A stretch of DNA of 64,000 bases from Sphingomonadales bacterium. Lineage in GTDB: Bacteria > Pseudomonadota > Alphaproteobacteria > Sphingomonadales > Sphingomonadaceae. Shown one piece after another: positions 9,530 through 19,338 of this stretch. The notes beneath the pieces were generated by a model. The model did not search any database, had not been told where the DNA came from, and saw nothing but the letters and a program-made list of their open reading frames with translations. The stretch's first letter is position 1. Each line of letters opens with the position of its first letter. Location of the stretch: positions 1,390-65,389 of the forward strand of contig JBBQYI010000003.1 in assembly GCA_038208825.1 (NCBI GenBank), given 5' to 3'. The position numbers were made by a program, and so were the translations under genes.

Positions 9530-10072
9530 CTATTCGCCCGGGCCACCCGGGGGCAAGCCGAAGCGGATGCGCGCCCACACACGTTCATGGGCGAAATAGA
9601 GCAGCAATTTGGTCAATACTTCGCTGCCGCCGATGGATGCCGCCATGACAATGTTGCCGGTGAAGATGAAGGCGAGCAGCGACGTATCGAGGCTGGCCAG
9701 CACGCGCCAGGTGAAGGCCTTGGCACCGCTGCGCCGGGCGGCACTTGTCAATTTCGGGTTGCGGGTATTGCGGCCCCAGCGCAGCCGCGCCCAGACGCGC
9801 TCATGGAAATAATAGAGCAGGATTTTGGTTATGACTTCGGTGCCGGCGATATAGCTTGCGGTTTCGACATGCTTGGCGCGCCCCGGTTCAATGCCGAGAT
9901 AGGGACCAAGGAAGGTCAGCAGCAGCAGCGACAGGATCAGGGTGTCGAACGTCCCGATGATTCGCCACGATATCGCCTTGACGATATGGCGACGACGCAA
10001 GGGGACAGAGGCCGGTGGCTCCCCTTCGAATCGCGCTATCGTGCCGACAGCCATGCGTACCCCTTGGGTCAT
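9530..10072 (-). CDS. Membrane protein with two tandem DUF2061-like domains (start uncertain, 10054-10093)
   Basis: Two copies of R..KA.SWR..GT.DT...TK.LLY..HERVWAR.R.G. Confidence 0.8.
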   Translation of the reverse strand: MTQGVRMAVGTIARFEGEPPASVPLRRRHIVKAISWRIIGTFDTLILSLLLLTFLGPYLGIEPGRAKHVETASYIAGTEVITKILLYYFHERVWARLRWGRNTRNPKLTSAARRSGAKAFTWRVLASLDTSLLAFIFTGNIVMAASIGGSEVLTKLLLYFAHERVWARIRFGLPPGGPGE

Positions 10073-10178
10073 GAAACGGGATCCAGAGCCCAAGATTGGC
10101 GGCGTTTGCTGATCGCCGCAAGCAAGTTTTCCTTTTCCCCGTTGGGCGATTCTGCAGGCTTGGCGGTGTCAGACGCGC

Positions 10179-12200
10179 TCAGGCCGGTTGTGCAGCGGTG
10201 TCCGGCGCTGGTGATTGCGACGGATCATCATGCTGCAAGCGGCGCAAGGCGAGCGGCAGCAGCAGCATGAACAGCGTTGCCGAGACGACGCCGCCAACGA
10301 TTACGCAAGCAAAGGGCCGCTGGGTTTCTGAACCGATCCCGGTGGACAATGCCGCCGGCAGTAGCCCCAGCCCGGCCATCAGCGCCGTCATGATGATGGG
10401 CCGCAACCGATCGATGGCGCCTTCGATGATGGCGGTTTCCCGATCGTCACCGCCCGCCGTTCGCTCGGTGATATGTTCCAGCATGACCACGCCATTTTGC
10501 ACCGCAATGCCGGCAACCGCGATAAAGCCGACCGCCGCCGAGACCGACATGTGCAACCCCGCCAGACCCAGCGCCGCCTTGGTCGGAAAATCTGCCCGCC
10601 ATTCATCACGTGGTTTCAGATCGATCAGCATCTGCAGGCTGGAAGGGCCTTTTGAATCGGTGGCGTCATCGGGCCGACCGGTTTCGGAAATGACATGGGC
10701 GACTTCAGGATAGGATAGCATGATGGCGCGGACCTTCGCCTCTACCCCGCGGGTCGTTTCGATGGCAGCGGATGGGGCCAACTGAATGGTCAGCCAGATA
10801 TTGCCCTCATCAAGTTCGGGCAGGAATTCGCTGCCCAGTTGCGGCACCAGTGCCCCCGTGACGACCAGCGCGGCGATGGCGAAGATGAACATCCGGCGAT
10901 CGCTGCCCCGGGCGCGGTGCAGCAGCCGACGATAGGCATCACGCAGCCGGTCCATCCAGGGCAGGTGGCGTTCCGCAATGTCATAGCGTTCGATGAGCAT
11001 CGACAGCACAGCCGGTAGGAACGTGAGGGTGAGTACCAGTGCTGCGCCGAGTGCGAAGCTGAGCGTCAACGCGACAGGGGAGAACAGCTTGCCCTCCACC
11101 CGCTGGAAGGTGAAGATCGGGATGAAGGCGGTGAAGATGATCGCCTTTGAAAACACGATCGGCTTGGCGAGGCTGGAGACGGTGCCGCGCAGGACGGAGC
11201 GGCTTTGCAGGCGGTTGTTGCTGCCACCGTGATCGACCGCGGCGACGGCGAGCGCAACCATCATCGATTCGACCAGCACGACGGCGGAATCGATGATGAT
11301 GCCGAAATCGACCGCGCCCATCGAGATCAGGTTGGCCGGGACACCAACGGCATAAAGCCCGGCAAAGGCCGCCAGCAAGGCCAGAGGGATGATAGCGGCC
11401 ACGGCCAGCGCCGCGCGCCAGTTGCGCAGGAACAGCAGAAGGATAAGCGAGACAAGCCCGGCGCCGACGACGACGCCTTCGGCGACATCGGCCTCATGGT
11501 CGAACGACACAATACCGCCGCGCTCGGGCGTGCCGATCACGACATCGCCGAGATCGCCGATTCTGACCGTGCGACCGCCTTGCGCCTTGACGACCGTGTT
11601 GGCGACATCGTCGACCGACTGGTAAAGACCGATACCGCGAATGACGACGGATTCGTCGCCGCACCGCATGATGCCGCCGCCGGCGTTGGAATTGGCATTG
11701 CCGACAGCGGTTTCGATGTCGGCGAGAGTGACCTGGTAGCGCTTCAGCGTGTCGGGCGTTACGCGGATCTGATATTGCTTCACCGACCCGCCTCGGCAGG
11801 TGACGTCGGCAACGCCAAGCACCATGCGCAGCGCCGGCCGGATGACGAAATCATGGATGGCGCGCGCTTCGTACAGGGGCATGTCGGCAGGTTTTTCAAG
11901 GATGTAGCGATAGACTTCGCCGACTGCGGTGGACAGCGGTGCGAGGCTGGGCACGACACCTGCGGGCAGGTCTGCATCGCGCAGTTTTTCGAGCATCTGG
12001 GAACGGGCGAAATAATCGTCGGTGCCATCGGCGAAGATCAGTGTGACCACAGACAGGCCGGTGATGGATACGGACCGCATGGTGGTGACGCCGGGCGTGC
12101 CGGCCAGCGCGCGTTCGATGGGCAAGGATACCGCTCGTTCGACTTCTTCGGGCGCCTGTCCGCTTTGCTGGGTGATGACGACGACCTGCACGTCCTGCAC
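10179..12200 (-). pseudogene. CusA/CzcA heavy-metal RND transporter relic (N-terminally truncated, two in-frame internal deletions)
   Basis: PEEVERAVSLPIE, RSVSITGLSVVT, ISMGAVDFGIIIDSAVVLVE, EGKLFSPVA, GSEFLPELDEG, RLRPIIMTA and GSETQRPFA motifs. Only 673 aa against about 1030-1050 for the family, with no TM1 and no adjacent MFP or OMF gene. Confidence 0.8.
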
Positions 12201-12324
12201 TGTAAAATCGCGTCCGACGCTGACCCCCGCCGAATGTGTAAATTCATTATTTTAATCAATGGGGGTGCCAGAGTTCGGGGGACAATGTTGGCTGCAATTT
12301 CACATCGGAGTGTTTGCGCCAGCG

Positions 12325-12389
12325 CCGGTTTCAAGCCGGCGTAGCTAAACCCGGTATTCAAATCCGGTGTTCAAAACCCGGCATTCAAG
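12325..12389. repeat. Five imperfect 11-15 bp direct repeats, consensus CCGGYRTTCAA
   Basis: CCGG at 12325, 12336, 12351, 12364 and 12378. Units are CCGGTTTCAAG, CCGGCGTAGCTAAAC, CCGGTATTCAAAT, CCGGTGTTCAAAAC and CCGGCATTCAAG. Confidence 0.65.
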
Positions 12390-12390
12390 C

Positions 12391-12786
12391 CTAGCGCTCT
12401 ACCCCGTGCGGTGCCGGCACGCCGCTTGCCGCAACCATCGCTGCGGTCACCTTGCCCTTGTACTTGTTGCCGAAATGAGTGCGGACATAGGAGATCGCGT
12501 CGGCAATCTGTTCGTCGGTCAATTCGCCGCGGAACCAGGGCATCGGGCCTTTGCCGCCGGTGACGATGCCGATGGGATATTCCGGATATTCAAGGTTGGG
12601 GTTCTTGGCGAGCGACGCGATGCGACCGGCGCCGACGCCGCCCATGCCATTGGCCATGTGGCAGGCCTGACAGACTTCCTCATACACCACCGCGCCGGGA
12701 TCGACTGCGGCGGGCTTGGCAGGTTTGGCCGCGAGGGCCGGGGCCGAAAGCAGCAGCATCGCGGCAAGAATCGGGAGGTTCTTCAT
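12391..12786 (-). CDS. Periplasmic monoheme c-type cytochrome
   Basis: Sec signal peptide, CQACH heme motif and distal Met in GPMPWF. Confidence 0.92.
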   Translation of the reverse strand: MKNLPILAAMLLLSAPALAAKPAKPAAVDPGAVVYEEVCQACHMANGMGGVGAGRIASLAKNPNLEYPEYPIGIVTGGKGPMPWFRGELTDEQIADAISYVRTHFGNKYKGKVTAAMVAASGVPAPHGVER

Positions 12787-12789
12787 GGT

Positions 12790-14382
12790 TCAGGCCTCCA
12801 GGGCGCGCTTGTGCAGGCGGGTGATCGCGTCGAGCGAGGACAGCAGCGCGCCCTCCATCCAGCAGCCGATGTAGGAGGCGTGTTCGCCGGCCAGCACGAT
12901 GCGGTTATCAACGGCGACGAGTGTCTGGTAATGCTCCTTGCGGGTGTCTTCATTCCACTGCGCGCAGCAGCCCAGCGTGAAGGGTGAGCGGCTCCAGGCG
13001 ACTGCGGCGCCGTTGCTGAACTGTTCCTTGTAACGGCCGGGGTGGAAGACCGAACCTTGCTCGAGCGCCTCTGCGATGCGTTGTTCCGGCGTCATGCCGG
13101 CAAATTTGTAAGAAGCGGGGCCGAAGGTATAGGCGCCCAGGATGACGCCCGGTCCGTTGCTGTGCAGCCCGCCGCTTGGGTAGGAGATCATGCTGATCGG
13201 GCGATCGGTAAAGCTGATGCCGCCGTAAATGGCTTCCTCTTCCTCCCAGAACCGCGTTTTCATTTCCAGCCCGACCTTGACCGAGTTGGAATAGGGCACG
13301 GCGGCAATGGCGGCGAGCATGCCGGCCGACGCATCGAGCTCGATCTGGCTGAGGATGCCGAGCGGGATGGTGCAGACGCAATAATCGGCGCTGGCCTGCT
13401 GTATCTCGCCGGTGACGACATCGGTGTAGGTGGCGGTTACCTTGTTGTTGCTCTGGTCGATCTTGGTGACCTTTGCATTGTAGCGGATCTTGTCCGACAC
13501 CTGGCGGCCGAACGCCTTGCCGATCATGCCCATGCCGCCGACCGGCTGGAACATCGTTGTCTGGTGATCGATCTGCATGTGCTGGGAAATGATCGCCCAG
13601 ACCTTGCTGTCCATGACGTCCTTGAACGCATAGGGTTCGGACGGGATTGGTGAACCGTTGACGCCGCCGCCGGGTGGCCGGTCAAAGCCGCGCCGGCGGG
13701 ACGGGCGGTTGCCCTTTACATAGCGCATGTCCTTGTCGAGCAGGCCCCATTCGCGCAGCGCTACCTTCAGCTTGTCGGTGTCTTCGGCCGTCATGATGCC
13801 GTTCAGGCCCTTGTTGTCGATGGCCTTGCCGAGCAATTCGGCGACATTGCCATCCCAATCGGCGGCGAGTTCGCGATAGCGTTGCGGCTTGCCGCCAAAG
13901 GCGCCGGCTTGGTGGACGAGCGCCTGGTGGTTCAACTGCATGAATGGTTCGAGCGCGACGCCGAACGTCTTGCAGTAATGCAGCAGCGTGCGGTGGTGAT
14001 AGGGGATGCGCCACGGGCCGGGATTGAGGTAATTGCCCGGCGCAAAGCCGATTTTCTGGGTGGCACCGCCCAGTTCGGTATAGGTGTCACCGCCGTAAAG
14101 CGACCAGTTCCGGCCACCCGGGCGGCTGTTGTATTCAAGGATCTGGACCTTGTAGCCGGCCTTGCCCAATTCATAGGCGGCGAGCATGCCGGCGAGCCCG
14201 GCGCCGAGCACGAGCACCGTGGCGCCGGGGCGTGCGCCCGAAAGGTTGGGCGGGCCGGGGAATTGCGATTCCGCGGCATGACCCATGGTTGCCATTGCCT
14301 GATAGAGAACCGATGCGCCGCCGATCATGCCGATGGCGTGCAGCACTTCGCGCCGCGTAGGCGCCCGACCGGCATCGCTCAT
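12790..14382 (-). CDS. Flavin monoamine oxidase / L-amino-acid oxidase family protein with Tat-like leader
   Basis: TRREVL twin-arginine leader, VLGAGLAGMLAAYEL FAD motif, RPGGR, GPWRIP and LAGEHAS...WMEGAL. Start trimmed to MSDAG. Confidence 0.9.
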   Translation of the reverse strand: MSDAGRAPTRREVLHAIGMIGGASVLYQAMATMGHAAESQFPGPPNLSGARPGATVLVLGAGLAGMLAAYELGKAGYKVQILEYNSRPGGRNWSLYGGDTYTELGGATQKIGFAPGNYLNPGPWRIPYHHRTLLHYCKTFGVALEPFMQLNHQALVHQAGAFGGKPQRYRELAADWDGNVAELLGKAIDNKGLNGIMTAEDTDKLKVALREWGLLDKDMRYVKGNRPSRRRGFDRPPGGGVNGSPIPSEPYAFKDVMDSKVWAIISQHMQIDHQTTMFQPVGGMGMIGKAFGRQVSDKIRYNAKVTKIDQSNNKVTATYTDVVTGEIQQASADYCVCTIPLGILSQIELDASAGMLAAIAAVPYSNSVKVGLEMKTRFWEEEEAIYGGISFTDRPISMISYPSGGLHSNGPGVILGAYTFGPASYKFAGMTPEQRIAEALEQGSVFHPGRYKEQFSNGAAVAWSRSPFTLGCCAQWNEDTRKEHYQTLVAVDNRIVLAGEHASYIGCWMEGALLSSLDAITRLHKRALEA

Positions 14383-14697
14383 CAACCAAATCCCCGCTTG
14401 TGCGTCGCAGCAAAGGTAATCTGGCGCGAGTTTCGCTGCGGCGCAATATGCTAATTTCGCGTTGATTGCCGCATCAATGTTTCGCTGCGCCGCCAAGCCG
14501 TGAAATCGCTCCGATGGCATCGAATGGTGTCTGCGAGGCGGGCGACCATTGGCCACCCCCCCAAATTGGGCATTGCCTGTGCCATGCTGGTGCTGGAAAG
14601 AAATCGACTGGGCCATGTTTTACGGGTGGATTCGCCCGGGTAGAGCGATGGCGGGCGGTGGTTGAACAATAATATCGGCATCATGGGGAAAGATCAC

Positions 14698-16875
14698 ATG
14701 GGTTTCGCAAGGCTTTTGAAGGGCACGTCGATGGCGCTTTGCGCGCTGTCGCTGGCTGGTTGTGGCAATAATGCCGTTACGGCGCCTGGTGCCAGGAACG
14801 CCAATGTAGATGATGCGCGGTTGCTGGCGGGCGACAAGGATGGTGCCAACTGGCTGTCCTATGGCCGGACCCACGACGAGCAGCGGTTTTCGCCGCTGAC
14901 CGAAGTAAGCGACAGCAGTGTCGACAAGCTGGGGCTGAGCTGGTTCGCCGATATCGATACGGCGCGCGGGCAGGAAGCAACGCCGATCGTTGTTGATGGC
15001 GTGATGTTCGTGTCGACCGCATGGAGCATGGTGAAGGCCTATGATGCGGCCACGGGCAAGCCGCTATGGGCCTATGACCCCAAGGTGCCGCGCCAAAAGC
15101 TGGTCGATGTGTGCTGTGATGCCGTCAATCGCGGTGTCGCTGTGTACAAGGGCAAGGTGTTCGTCGCGACCATCGATGGCCGGCTGGTGGCGTTGAACGC
15201 CGATACCGGGGCCGTTGTGTGGGACAAGCCGACCATTCCCGATGGTTCGGCGATGGCGATTACCGGTGCGCCGCGTATCGTCAAGGGCCGGGTGGTCATT
15301 GGTGCGGCGGGGTCGGAATATCTCAACCGCGGTTTCATTTCGGCCTATGATCCCGATACCGGCAACCAAATCTGGCGGTTCTACACCGTGCCGGGCGACC
15401 CGTCGAAGCCGGTCGAGGGCAAGCATCTGGAGGCGGCGGCCAAGACCTGGACGGGGGAATATTGGAAGCTGGGCGGTGGTGGCACCGTGTGGGATTCGAT
15501 CACCTATGATCCCGAAACCGATCTTTTGTATTTCGGCACCGCCAATGCCGAGCCGTGGAACCCGGCGATCCGGTCGCCCGAAGGCGGCGACAGCCTGTAT
15601 ACGGCGTCGATTGTCGCGGTGAACCCGGATACCGGCGAATATGTCTGGCATTATCAGGAGACGCCGGAGGACCGTTGGGACTTTGATTCCGACCAGCAGA
15701 TCATCGCTGCGACCATTCCGGTGAATGGCAAGCCGCAACGGGTGTTGCTGCATGCGCCCAAGAACGGTTTTTTCTATACGCTTGATGCCAAGACCGGGAA
15801 GTTCATTTCCGGCAAGGCCTTTGCCAAGCTGAACTGGGCGACCGGTCTTGACCCGGTGACGGGCCGGCCGAATGTGGTTGCCGAGGCGAAGTATGAGATC
15901 ACCGGCAAGCCCTTTGTCGGGCTGCCGGGGGCCTTTGGTGCCCATAGCTGGACGCCGATGTCGTACAGCCCCAAGACCGGGCTGGTGTATATCCCCGCCA
16001 ACAATGCCGGGGCGGTGTATCAGGGGGCGGATGCCAAGACCTGGAAACCGACCAAGCTGGGCATGCAATTGGGGCTGGATGCCACCCACACGATGATGCC
16101 GGCCGACCCCAAGATCCGTGCCGCCTATGCCGCGCAGACAACGGGTTCGCTGGTCGCCTGGGATCCGGTGGCCGGCAAGGCACGCTGGACGGTGGAGCAC
16201 CCTGGCCCGGCCAATGGCGGCACGCTGGCGACGGCGGGCAATCTGGTGTTCCAGGGCACGGCGGGCGGTGATTTCCGCGCCTATGCGGCGGATACCGGCA
16301 AGCAGCTTTGGTCGTTCCCGACGCAGACCGGCGTGATTGCGGCGCCCATCACCTATTCGGTGAAGGGCCAGCAATATGTGGCGATCCTGGCCGGCTGGGG
16401 CGGATTGTGGGACGTTTATGCGGGGATTCTGGCGCATAAATCCGGCTCGGTGCCCAATATCAGCCGGATGCTGGTGTTCAAGGTTGGTGGCACCGCGGTG
16501 TTGCCGCCGGCGCCGCCGATGGGCAGCCGGGTGCTCGACCCGCCGGCCTTCACCGGCACAGAGGCGCAGGTAACGGCGGGTGCCGGGCTGTATGGCGATG
16601 CCTGTTTCGGGTGCCATGGCGATGCAGCGGTGGGCGGCACCAATATTCCCGACTTGCGGCATTCGGCGATCATCAACAAGGCCGCCGATTGGCAGTCGGT
16701 GGTGCATGACGGCGCGCTGAAGGAAAATGGCATGGTAGGTTGGGCGGCGAACTATTCGCCGGCGCAGATCGAGACCATTCGCCAGTATATCATCAAGCGC
16801 GCCAATGAGGACAAGGCGCTGGAGGCCAAGGCTGCGGTGAAGACAGCCGCTGCCGGGACGTCGAAGGCGGGTTAG
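14698..16875 (+). CDS. PQQ-dependent quinohemoprotein alcohol dehydrogenase (type II) with C-terminal cytochrome c
   Basis: Lipobox-like LAGC, QRFSPL, vicinal CC in VCCDAVNRG, GGGTVWD, WDFD and a C-terminal CFGCH. Confidence 0.93.
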   Translation: MGFARLLKGTSMALCALSLAGCGNNAVTAPGARNANVDDARLLAGDKDGANWLSYGRTHDEQRFSPLTEVSDSSVDKLGLSWFADIDTARGQEATPIVVDGVMFVSTAWSMVKAYDAATGKPLWAYDPKVPRQKLVDVCCDAVNRGVAVYKGKVFVATIDGRLVALNADTGAVVWDKPTIPDGSAMAITGAPRIVKGRVVIGAAGSEYLNRGFISAYDPDTGNQIWRFYTVPGDPSKPVEGKHLEAAAKTWTGEYWKLGGGGTVWDSITYDPETDLLYFGTANAEPWNPAIRSPEGGDSLYTASIVAVNPDTGEYVWHYQETPEDRWDFDSDQQIIAATIPVNGKPQRVLLHAPKNGFFYTLDAKTGKFISGKAFAKLNWATGLDPVTGRPNVVAEAKYEITGKPFVGLPGAFGAHSWTPMSYSPKTGLVYIPANNAGAVYQGADAKTWKPTKLGMQLGLDATHTMMPADPKIRAAYAAQTTGSLVAWDPVAGKARWTVEHPGPANGGTLATAGNLVFQGTAGGDFRAYAADTGKQLWSFPTQTGVIAAPITYSVKGQQYVAILAGWGGLWDVYAGILAHKSGSVPNISRMLVFKVGGTAVLPPAPPMGSRVLDPPAFTGTEAQVTAGAGLYGDACFGCHGDAAVGGTNIPDLRHSAIINKAADWQSVVHDGALKENGMVGWAANYSPAQIETIRQYIIKRANEDKALEAKAAVKTAAAGTSKAG

Positions 16876-18194
16876 GCGGCGGGTGGTAGCGCCGGTGGCC
16901 TTGGGCCGCCGGTGGCCCAATCGAGCAGTTCGACAATGTGGACTACGGGTGTAGCGGTGCGGCTGGCAAGCTGTGTCGCGCAGCCGATGTTGCCCGTAGC
17001 GATGGCATCGACGCACAACTTGTCGAGCGTTGCGGCCTTGCGGTTACCAAGTTGCCCGGCGATGGCGGGTTGCAGGATGTTGTAGGTGCCGGCGGAACCG
17101 CAGCAGAGATGGGCATCGGCGGGGGCACGGACGGTGAAACCGGCGGCGCCCAGCAGTTTTTGCGGGGCGGTGGTGACTTTCTGGCCGTGCTGGAGTGAGC
17201 AAGGTGCTTGCCAGGCGATGGCGAGGCCCGTGCCTGCGGGGTGATGCGGTGTGGTGGCCGGTAGCCCGAAATCGGCGAGAAACTCGCTGATGTCGCGTGC
17301 CAGCGCCGAAACCCGGGCGGCACGTGGGGCGTAGACCGGGTCATTGCGCAGCAAAAAGCCATAGTCCTTGATCGTCGTGCCGCAGCCAGAGGTAGTGACG
17401 ATGATGGCATCAAGACCCTTGCCGTCGATTTCGCGCATCCAGGCATCGGTGTTGCGGCGGGCGGCATCGAGACTGTCGGCGTCGCGGCCCAAATGGTGGA
17501 CGAGCGCGCCGCAGCAGGTTTCACCATGGGCAAACACCGTTTCGACGTTGCAACGGGCGAGCAGGCGCAGCGTTGCGGCACGGATATGCGGTTGCAAGAC
17601 CGGTTCGGCGCAACCTTGTAGCAGTGCGACGCGGGCGCGAGGTGTGCTGAGCTTGAGTGATTCCGGGGGCAAAACGGTGGTGGCGCGTGGGGCAATCCGG
17701 GGTGGCGCGAGGCGCAACATGGCGGCGAGCGGCTGCGTCGCGGTGGTGCGATCGAGCAAGGGCGCGGCGAATCTGGCGGCGCGGGCGAGGCGCAGGGCGA
17801 GGCGGAAGCGGCGGGGGTGAGGCAGAACGGTGGCGAGCAGTGCGCGGATCAGGCGTTCGTGCAGCGGCCGGCGATAGCGCTCCTCGATATAGGCGCGGGC
17901 GTGATCGACGAGGTGCATGTAATTCACACCCGACGGGCAGGTGGTCATGCAGGACAGGCAGGACAGGCAGCGGTCGATGTGCTTGACCACATCGGCATCG
18001 GGGTCCCGATCGTTTTCGAGCATGTCCTTCATCAGGTAGATGCGGCCGCGCGGGCTGTCGAGTTCGTCGCCGAGCAGCAGATAGGTCGGGCAGGTGGCGG
18101 TGCAGAAGCCGCAGTGCACGCATTTGCGAATAACGGCTTCGGACGCTGCCATCGCCGGATCGGCGAGTTGGGCGGGGGTGAAATCAGTCTGCAT
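16872..18194 (-). CDS. glcF: Glycolate oxidase iron-sulfur subunit
   Basis: MQTDF start, two 4Fe-4S motifs (CVHCGFCTATCP, CLSCLSCMTTCP) and CCG domains with CCGSAGTYNILQP. Confidence 0.95.
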   Translation of the reverse strand: MQTDFTPAQLADPAMAASEAVIRKCVHCGFCTATCPTYLLLGDELDSPRGRIYLMKDMLENDRDPDADVVKHIDRCLSCLSCMTTCPSGVNYMHLVDHARAYIEERYRRPLHERLIRALLATVLPHPRRFRLALRLARAARFAAPLLDRTTATQPLAAMLRLAPPRIAPRATTVLPPESLKLSTPRARVALLQGCAEPVLQPHIRAATLRLLARCNVETVFAHGETCCGALVHHLGRDADSLDAARRNTDAWMREIDGKGLDAIIVTTSGCGTTIKDYGFLLRNDPVYAPRAARVSALARDISEFLADFGLPATTPHHPAGTGLAIAWQAPCSLQHGQKVTTAPQKLLGAAGFTVRAPADAHLCCGSAGTYNILQPAIAGQLGNRKAATLDKLCVDAIATGNIGCATQLASRTATPVVHIVELLDWATGGPRPPALPPAA

Positions 18195-19338
18195 CTGGTG
18201 GCGTTCCGAAACGGCCGGTTTCGAAGACGCAGTGCGGATCAAAGGCGCGGCGTACCCGGGCTTCGAGTGCGGTGACGGCGGCGGGGCGGGGGTGGAAGGC
18301 CGGCACCCGGGCGCGGGTGTCGGCGGGCGCGCGGACCAGCATGGCGTGGCCACCGGCGGCTTCGGCAGCGGCATGGATAGTGGCGGGGTTTTCGGTGGTG
18401 GCGAGCCAGACGAGCCCGCCGGCCCAATCGAACAGGGTGCGATCCCCGGCGGCGATAAGCGGCGCGGCGAAGGCGGCGGCGGTCGAGGGCGGCAGGTTGA
18501 CGCGCCAGAGGATGGGGGCATCGGCTAGCGCGGTGACATTGGCGATGCCGTGCCACAGCGCGTCGGCTGCGGCGGTGTCGAGCGGCTCCACGCGGCAATG
18601 ATCGGTGAGGATGGCGGGCAGCATGGCGGCACGGGCGGCCACCGACGGCTCGAAGCCTTCGAGGCGCAGCGCAGTGGTCGAGGTTGCCGGGTCGTGCGCG
18701 GCGGCGGCGACGTCGGCGGCGGACCCCAACGCCCGCGCCATGGCGGCGATGGCGGTGGCGGGGGTAAGGCCGGTGGCGATAAGGGTGAGCGTGGTGCGCG
18801 GGCGGGGCAGCACCTTGAGCGTCACTTGCGTCATGGCGGCGAGGCGGCCCCAACTGTTCGCGAGCAGTTTTGGCAGGTCATAGCCGGTGACGTTCTTGAC
18901 GACCTTTGCGCCGCCGATGAGGGTTTCGCCGCGCCCTGAGACGGCGGTAAAGCCCAGCAAATGATCGCGGGCGCCGCCCATCGTCAGGCGGCGCGGCCCG
19001 GCGATGCCCGCGGCGATGGCGCCGCCGATGGTGGGTATCGCGGCCGGATTGCCGAACAGGGCGGCATGGTCGCCGGGTTCAAAGGCCAGTTGCTGGCCTT
19101 CAGCGGCGACAATTTCGAGCACATCGCGCAGCGGCGTGCCGGCGCCGACGGTGAGCACGAGCTCGGCGGGATCATAATCGATGATGCCGGCAAAGCCGCG
19201 CATCTCGAGCGGTACGGCATCGACGGGTGCGCCAATGCCGGCCTTGCTGTTGCCGCCATGGATGGCGAGGCGGCTGCCGCTGCGTCCCGCCGCGATGATG
19301 ATTTCGGCGAGTTCGGCGGTGGTCGTGGCGGATGCCAT
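18184..19338 (-). CDS. glcE: Glycolate oxidase FAD-binding subunit
   Basis: GIIDYDPAELVLTV, GGARDHLLG and GGAKVVKNVTGYDL. Lies between glcD and glcF. Confidence 0.92.
   Translation of the reverse strand: MASATTTAELAEIIIAAGRSGSRLAIHGGNSKAGIGAPVDAVPLEMRGFAGIIDYDPAELVLTVGAGTPLRDVLEIVAAEGQQLAFEPGDHAALFGNPAAIPTIGGAIAAGIAGPRRLTMGGARDHLLGFTAVSGRGETLIGGAKVVKNVTGYDLPKLLANSWGRLAAMTQVTLKVLPRPRTTLTLIATGLTPATAIAAMARALGSAADVAAAAHDPATSTTALRLEGFEPSVAARAAMLPAILTDHCRVEPLDTAAADALWHGIANVTALADAPILWRVNLPPSTAAAFAAPLIAAGDRTLFDWAGGLVWLATTENPATIHAAAEAAGGHAMLVRAPADTRARVPAFHPRPAAVTALEARVRRAFDPHCVFETGRFGTPPDAD

Noticed and set aside
15064-17016. Long antisense ORFs (for example 15064-17016, 33551-35245, 34219-35772, 19332-20657, 2218-3582)
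   Set aside because: They mirror well-supported genes on the opposite strand, have no motifs, and are expected in high-GC DNA.
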